A stretch of DNA of 33,476 nt, taken from positions 20,442,887-20,476,362 of the forward strand of contig NC_069005.1 in assembly GCF_001194135.2 (NCBI RefSeq). Reading direction: 5' to 3'. How positions within the stretch are numbered: the first letter of the stretch is position 1; each line of letters starts with the position of its first letter. Below are positions 12,401 to 20,837 of the stretch, piece after piece. Origin of the DNA: Octopus bimaculoides. Lineage: Eukaryota. The notes beneath the pieces were generated by a model, which saw only the letters and a program-made list of their open reading frames with translations, was not told the DNA's origin and searched no databases. The translations under genes and the position numbers were made by a program.

Positions 12401-14166
12401 TAAGAAATGTGGTTTACTTTTTAACAGGAAGAAGACTGGAAGCTGTTGTCCATGTTGGTAGACAGAGAGAAAGAACTTGAACAAATTGAAACAGCCAAGA
12501 GACAGGCAGCACTGAATGATGCCAAATGGATGAAAGAGGTAAGTAGCTGTAGTAGTAGTGGTAGTAGTAGTAGTAGTAATTGCTACTGTTGCTGCATACC
12601 CCCCACCCAGGTAGCTCTGATCCAGTAGATTTTTAATCAATGATATTCTTTTGTATCATTCTAATGTGATATGAGGGAAATTTGGCTGCTATTTCTAGCA
12701 GGTTGATCAAGCATCTAAGTGCTCCTTTGTCAAAAAAAAAAACTGTTACAGTGTTGTTATTGTTGTTGTTCAACCCCTTAGCATTTAAACTGGCCATATC
12801 CGACCCAAATATTCTACCCATTTTATGTTCAAACTGACCAGATCCAGCCTCTCACACCTATCCTATAAAGACCCTCTAAAGATAAACAATGACATCATCA
12901 AAATTTCAATAATGCAGGATTAATTCAAAATGATGTGAATTTGACAGAATAATCTGAGCACTAAAGGGTTAACCCTAGGCCAGCTCTGATCTATGTTCAG
13001 TGGTGTTCCTGCCATGGCCACTCTGACTTTTTTGTGTATCAGGGACTACATTATCCAGTGTCCTTCACAGGTGTGTGATTTTGCTGTTATTTCTAGCAAG
13101 TTAAACTGGCATCCATTAGCATCCTCATAAGTACTGCTATATTGTTGTTTAGCCCTAGGTCAACCTTGATCAAGCAATCAAGCAGATCTATGATTAAGAG
13201 CATTCCAACTGTGACCATCCCATCTTTTTCCAAAGAGCAAGGCAACAAAGTTTCCATTACCTAAATGTATCCAATTCTAAGATGGAGATTTGTGCAGGTG
13301 TGGCTATGTGGTAAGAAGCTTGCTCCCCAACCACATAGTTCCTGGTTCAGTCCCACTCCATGGCACCTTGGGCAAATATCTTCTACTATAGCCTCAGGCT
13401 GAGCAAAGCCTTGCAAGTGGATTTGGTAGATGGAAACTGAAAGAAGCCTGTTGTATATGTATGTGTGTGTTAGTATCTGTGTTTGTCCCTCACCACTGCT
13501 TGACAACCAGTGTTGGTGTGTTTACATCCCTGTGAACACCTCGAGAACCCTTCATTGGTTCATATAGCAGCAGTTCTGTGAGATGCAGGCAATGTAGTAG
13601 CCAGTACAAACAGGTTGTACAGAGGGAGATTTGGTTACTGCATTGAACAGGTCAGTGATAAACATGGTGGCAATTTTATTATACAGTCACCTATGTGCAT
13701 GTATGTATGTGTTCATTTGTGTGTATTTGTATATGTGTGTGTAAATATGCAGGTTTGTTATCAACTTTGTTATAGGGTTGTGCCTTATGTTTGTATGTGT
13801 ATATGTGTGTGTATAGTGTATATTATGTACACTTAGAGTCAACCTTGTGTTGCCTTCCGTATATGTGGTCATCATCATCATGGCACATGGGTTGGATGGT
13901 TTGACCAGGGCTGGCAAGCAGGAGAGCTGCACCAGGTTCCAGTCTGATTTGGCTTGTTTTCTACAGCTGGATGCCCTTTCTAATGCCAACCACTTTACAG
14001 AGTGTGCTGGGTGCTTTTATGTGGCAAGGCACACTTCCTGGAATCTTGCTGTGATGCAAACCAAACAAAATACATTTTGGCATCATGGAAAACTCCATGT
14101 TAAAGCAAAATGTTCACTTACACATAATACTGAGGATACCTGTATGTACATTTTATTATAGGGCGA

Positions 14167-14203
<37 letters not shown>

Positions 14204-17200
14204 TGTAAATATGCTGACTCTATGCAAAGATTTTGTGAAGGTGCATGGTTCAGTGATAGTGAGTTCTTCTTCTTCTTCTACTACTACTACTACTACTCCT
14301 CTGTTTCTTCTTTCAGGTTGTAGAGGAACAATTGAAAGTGGAGAAGCAACGAGAGGCAGAACTGGATCTCTTGTTTGAGTAAGTGATTGTATGATGCTCT
14401 CTTCTTTTTGCAGGTTTTTGCCCTGATGGTTTATGGGATTGAATGCAATTGTAATTCATTGAGTAGTAATTGTTTGTTTAAATAAATTTTAAATTACAGG
14501 GTGTTTGGGCTAAATTTGTCAGTTTGCTTAAAAGAAAAAGAAAGCACAATATCCCATCTGAAAATAAAAAAAATATTTAAGAAAAATAAAAAAAAATATC
14601 AACTAGATTATGACTGGGAGATAACAGTTTACTCAAAGTGGTCACCCTTGGCTCACCCTGGCCTCAAGATGACTCTGGAACTTGGCACATGTGTCCCTGG
14701 TAAAATCTTCAAATACCTCCTTGATCTTATCCACCAGCTTGGCCATAGTGTTGCAGGGAGAGTGGTTGGTGTCAGTAGGGGAATCTTGGAGCCATCTTGA
14801 AGCTATGTAGAAGCTGAGAGTGGTTACTCTGAGCAAACTGATTTCTCCCAGCCATAATCTATTTTTTAAGATACTTTTATTTTTTTGATGGGTTATTGTG
14901 TTTTCTTTTCCTTTAATGCAAACTGTCAAATTTAACCTAAATACCCTGTAATTCCAAATGCTGTTATGATTTTTGAAAGCAAGAATCTTATATGCACTAA
15001 TGAATGCAGCAATTGCAAAGATATTCATATTAAACAAATTGGCATGCATTGTTAGAGAGGGCCTAGTCACTTGTATAGTTAACCAGGTTATCTAGGAAGG
15101 TGTCATCCCCAATGACTGGTGTAGTAGTTTTATAGTTAGTTGCTACAAGGATAAAGGTAATGGCTTACATAGAAACAACTACAGAAGTATCAAACTGTTG
15201 GACCAGGTCATGGAAGTTATAGAGAGGGTTATAGTCCAATTGATTAGGAACAGAATTAAACTAGATGAGAAGCAATTTAGTGCCTGGGAAGAGTACCACA
15301 GATGCTGTCTTCTAGTGAGACAGCTGCAGGAAGAGTATTAGGCCAAAAATAAACCATTGTACTTGGCTTTCATCAACCTGGAGAAAACTTTTGACAGAGT
15401 CCCTCGCTCTGTTATCTGGTGGTCTTTAATTAAGTTAGGAGTAGATGAGTGGCTTGTTAGAGCCATACAAACCATGTAGAGTGGAGCTGTCAGTTGGGTG
15501 AGAGTCAGCTGACAAATTTAATGTACAGGACTCAGTTCCCAGTCCCCTTTTTATTCATCATAGTCCTCCAAGCCATAAAGGAGGAATTTAAAACTGGTTG
15601 CCCATGGGAACTACTATATGATGATGATCTTGATCTTATAGCAGAATTTGTAGCAGAAATTCCAGGTATGGAAGAAAAATGTGGAATCAAAGTGCCTCAA
15701 AGTTAGCCTAGTATGTTGGAAAGGTGTTGGAAGAAATCTCATTCTTTGCACCTGTTGCAAGTTATGGACACATGAAAGGTGGGTTAACAGAGAAAGTTGT
15801 ATTTGTATGTGACAGGTGCAGGAACAATGTGCACTAAGGACACATGGATATTAGACTCTCTGAATTACCCAGGATGTTCCCTTGAGGTTGTAGATAATTT
15901 CTGTTACCTAGATAATCAAATTAGCTATAGCAGAAGATGTTCCAAAAGTATTGTTGCTAGAATAAGAGTAGGATGGAGGAAGTTTCAAGAGGTATTACCT
16001 CTATTGGCAACGAAAGGCTTCTCTCTCAGAGTGAAAGGCAGATTGTGTGATGTTTGTGTACGACTGACTATGCTCCATGGTAGTGAGACATGAGCCCCGA
16101 ATGCAAATGACATGTGTAGACTGGAGAGGAATGAAACTGAATGTTCCGATAGACATGCAACATCAGTGTATATGTGCTGAGAGAAAAGTTGGGCATAAGA
16201 GGAATCAGATGTAATATGCAAGAGAGAAGTCTATGTTGGTTTGGTCATATGAGATGTGTTTGAATGAAGACAGTAGTATAAACAAGTGCTGATTGCTTAA
16301 AGTGGATGGCACCTGCCGAAGAGGGAGACCTAGGAAGACTTAGGATTAAGTAGTGAGGGCCAATCTCAAGATGTTGGGCCTTACAGAGGAGATGACAATG
16401 GATTGAGATTATTTTGCATAATTTTTTTATATATTCTATCTGTATCATGGCTGTATTCCAACCCTGTTAAAATCCCATAAATGATAAGATACACATGAAA
16501 AAAACATCCACGAAACACATGCTGGATACATAAGTATGAATTCACAGATATGCATAAATATGGGTGTGCATGAGCGTTCTTGTGTAATGGAATTAATCTA
16601 TGTTGAATGCAGATTCTTGCAAGCTCCAAGCTAATGCAAGGGAAATGAATATATATATATATATATATTCAAGACATGGATGAAATGCCACTAAACATTT
16701 TGTCCATTGTGCTAACAATTCTGCCAGCTTGCCTCCTTAGACTAGGACAAATATTAGTTCACTTGGAAATAAGTAAAGTTTGTGACAGGAAGAACGTCAG
16801 CCCACAGTTTCATTTGACCATGTAGGCATGGATAAATGGATGTCAGAACACGGTGTTGGTGGTGGCGGTGGTGGTGATGGTGGTGGCAGTGGCTGCTGCT
16901 GCTAGGGTAACAGTAGTGATGGTGGAGAGGAGGAAAAGGAGGAGATACTGGGAGAGGATTTACCCCTAGCATGAATCTTTATGCCATTATCTTAAAACTG
17001 ACCAGTTGACTTTTACATAATGTGCATAATATCCTTAGCCTTCTGGGGGAAGCTGTTTAGGGCCTGGGATGATGAGATATGGTAAGTATGTAGATCCGTT
17101 TCTGTGGCATGGTGGACAGTTGTGAAACTTAAAGTATTTGATTAATTGAAGGGAGGAGGCTGCTCGGATGTGGAAGAAGAGAGAAAAGGAATGGGAACTA

Positions 17201-18721
17201 GAGAAACAAGCCAGAGAAAACCTTATGATTGAGGTAAATTGTAGCTTTCTATGTCTTTTTTCTATCTCTCTGTCTTTCCTCCTTTTTGTCTTTCTCTCTT
17301 TCTGTCCATCTATCTTTTTATCTGCCTCTCTCTTCTATCTATTTGTCTACCTTTCTATCCCCTTCTTTCTGTCTATATGTGCTCCACCCTGAACTGGAAG
17401 CATCCAAATTGGTCTTGTGGAACCCACTTCATGGTGATGTAAGAAGAGGAAAACATCACACATACATCGACAACTTGATCTCAGACTCTGGCCTAGAATA
17501 TATCCAGGACCTCAAGCCAATGACATTGGACCGAGAAGTGTGGGCAGTGGACTTTCTTGCTGCTGGTCTTGGTTGGAACCCAGTCATAATAATAGAAAAT
17601 TTCTTTCTGTCTACTTTTTTTATCTGTCTGTCTGTCTATCTTACCTCTTTTCTCTCTTTCCTTCTTTCTTTATCCATCCTTTTTTTATATTCTTTGTTTC
17701 TCATTTTCATGTTTTTGTTTTTGTCATGTCTGTTTGTCTGCTTCATGTATTTGTTTGTGCACATTTGGGGCTTCATATTTTATGTATGTGTGAGTGTGTG
17801 TATGTTTAATTCTTTATGGTTTAAGTGTATGTTTGTGCATGTATGTGTGTACATGTGAATATGTATTTAGTGCTTCAAGTTTTGTGTGTACATATATGTA
17901 TGTGTCTAGTTAGGTGGGAAATTGGTGGAGTTGTTAAAGCATTGGACAAAACACCTTGCTGTGTTTGTTCTAGTTTTTTACATTCTGAGTTCAAATCCTG
18001 TTAAAGTTATCTTTACCTTTCATTGCTCCATAGTTGATTAAGTAATATACCAGTCAATGAGTGATGGACTGATAGAATTGTTAAAGTGTTGGACAACATT
18101 TACTTGTATTTGTCCCAGAGTGCCATGGTAGATGTGTCAAAACAAGATGGTATTTTATTAAAATATACTTCAAGGAATGCAGTGGAAAACCGCTTTGGGA
18201 TTGACAATGACACATCATCATCATCGGATGTTTTGACAGGAGCTGGTCTCGGCAGAAGACTGCACCATGCTTCACTATTTCTTTTGGCATTGTTTTCACG
18301 GCTGGATGCCCTTCCTAACACCAACCACCCCACAAAGTTGATTGAGTGCTTTTTACATGGTGCCAGCACAAGTGAGGTCAGTGTTGGCATGGTTTTTTTT
18401 TACAGCTAGATGTCCTTCCAAACACCAACCACTTTATAGTGTGGACTGGATGCTTTTTATGTGGCACCAGCACTGGCAAGGTCACCAAGTAACTTGCAGG
18501 GCAAAGAATTTTGAGAGGGAAGGAGGAGGGGATCTTGTGTCAGGTGATGAATGGTTAGTGTAAGAGACAGAAACAAGTGTCTTGCTATAGAGGGAGTACA
18601 TGGATACCTGGCGAGGGAGAGAGAGAGAGAGAGAGAGAGAAGTAACAAGAAAGAGGACAGAAACAGGTGTGCTGATGTAAAGGAGATACTTAATTACCTA
18701 TTCAGAGGGAAGAGCAAGAGA

Positions 18722-18777
<56 letters not shown>

Positions 18778-20631
18778 TCAAAATTGTGAATATGTTAATT
18801 GCTGTTGTATTTCATCTTCAGAGAATAACTTCTTTCAGATGAATGTGTATTTATAATGTTCTTGATCCATTAGCATGAAGGGGACTTTGGGACACCCAGT
18901 GTTTCAACCTTGTCGTCTCTCCTCAACCGAAGCTATTCTGGACTAATGAATCTAACAAGAATTTGTGGCTCTTGTTTATAAATTCGGCAAACAAATTATT
19001 TGCCGATGCAAGTTGATATCTATTAAACAATAACAAATTGTCGTGTATGGTCAACAGTGAGAATCAGAGTGATGACAAATGTATCACATTCTTAATATGT
19101 GACAATTTTTTTTTACAAGGATGACAGTCATTAGTATGCTGGGTAAAATGGTTAGTGGTATTTCATCTGTCTTTATGTTCTGAGTTCAAATGCTGTCAAA
19201 GCCGACTTTTGCCTTTCATTTTTCCGGGGTCAATAAAATAAGCTCCAGTTGAGTGATGGGGCTCATGTAATCGACTTACTCACTTCCCCCTAAATTGCTG
19301 GCCTTGTGTCAGAATTTGAAAGCAATTTGTGACAATTCATTATCAGTTGGCAGACGTCAGCAAATCATTTGTTAGATTCATTAGTCTTGAGTTGCTTTAG
19401 CTGAGGAGAAACAATAATGTCGAAAACTGGTTGTCCCAAAGTCCCCTTTTGCTAATGAATTGTGTGTCTAATGAACAACAGTCATCTGAATGAAGAAGCT
19501 GTTCTCCAATGACAAAATACAATAGTGATTAGCATATTCATGTCTGAAGCTGCCAGAACATATTGGTTTCAAATTTTGGCACAAGGCCAGCAATTTTGAA
19601 GGAAAGAGGTTGTGATGTATGGGTGCGAGTAGATGTAATCGCTTTACCTCGGTTTTCCTTCCTCGACTACGAGTCTGTCTTGCGGTATCTGATCCTTGTG
19701 GCTCGCCCGACCCGAAGACCACTAGAAATAGCAGCTGCTTCTCCCAACACCTAGACGATCGCTTGGCACGTCCTCTCGTCACAACAACCCCATTCGAAAA
19801 GGGCACGAAATCCCGATCGAGGCTCCCTCTGCCCTTCTTCATCTTCTGGTCAGCTCGCTGTTCCGGTCAGCTCCCCAGTCGCTGACGTCATACCACAGAG
19901 GTCATTTACATCAATTCCAGTGTCCAACTGGTATCTATTTCATCAACCTCAGAAGGATGAAAGGCAAAGTCAACCTTGGTGGAATTTGAACTCAGAATGT
20001 GAAGATGTATGAAATGCTGGTAAGCATTTTGCCCAGCATGCTAATAATTATGCCTGCTTCCTGCTTTTGTAAAGATGGATGATATGCTGTTAAACATTTT
20101 TCTCAGTGTGCCAACAATTCTGCCAGCTCACCAGAACATATTAACCCTTTTGATACCAATCTGCCTGAAACTGGTATAAACTTTTTCTGTGTGTGTGTGT
20201 ATAAGCATGTTTCTAGTGTGTGTATGTATATATAGTGTTTATATGTGTGTTTGTGTGTGTGTATAGTGTTTATATGTGTGTGTGTCTATAGTATTTGTGT
20301 TTGTATGTGCGTGAGTGTGATTGTAAATGTTAATTGCTACAAGTAATGCATTCATTAATTAGGTTTTAAAGACACGTCAGAAACAAATGGAGGAAAAATT
20401 GGAGAAACTGAAAGAACTACAAAAGGAATCTCTACAGGAACGGGAAGAGTTACTTAAAGAGATGGAAATGGCCCAGCAACTGTCTAATAGAGAGAAGGAT
20501 AGACTGGAAACGGCCCGTTCCACCCACCGGAAGACATTAGATGATCAGGTGAGGAATAGAATTGTTGAGCAACATTTTTGTTTTTTAACCCTTTTAGCAT
20601 TCAGATTATTCTGTCAAATGTTCTGCTTCTT

Positions 20632-20684
<53 letters not shown>

Positions 20685-20786
20685 ATCACCATCACCATCA
20701 CCATCACCATCATCATCACCACCACCATCACCATCACCATCATCATCATCATCATCATCACCATCACCATCATCATCATCACCACC

Positions 20787-20837
<51 letters not shown>

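Noticed and set aside
19468-19885. GC-rich ORFs suggesting a nested gene or CpG-island promoter of another gene
   Set aside because: Confined to the solo LTR defined by its termini and TSD; no recognisable protein motif.
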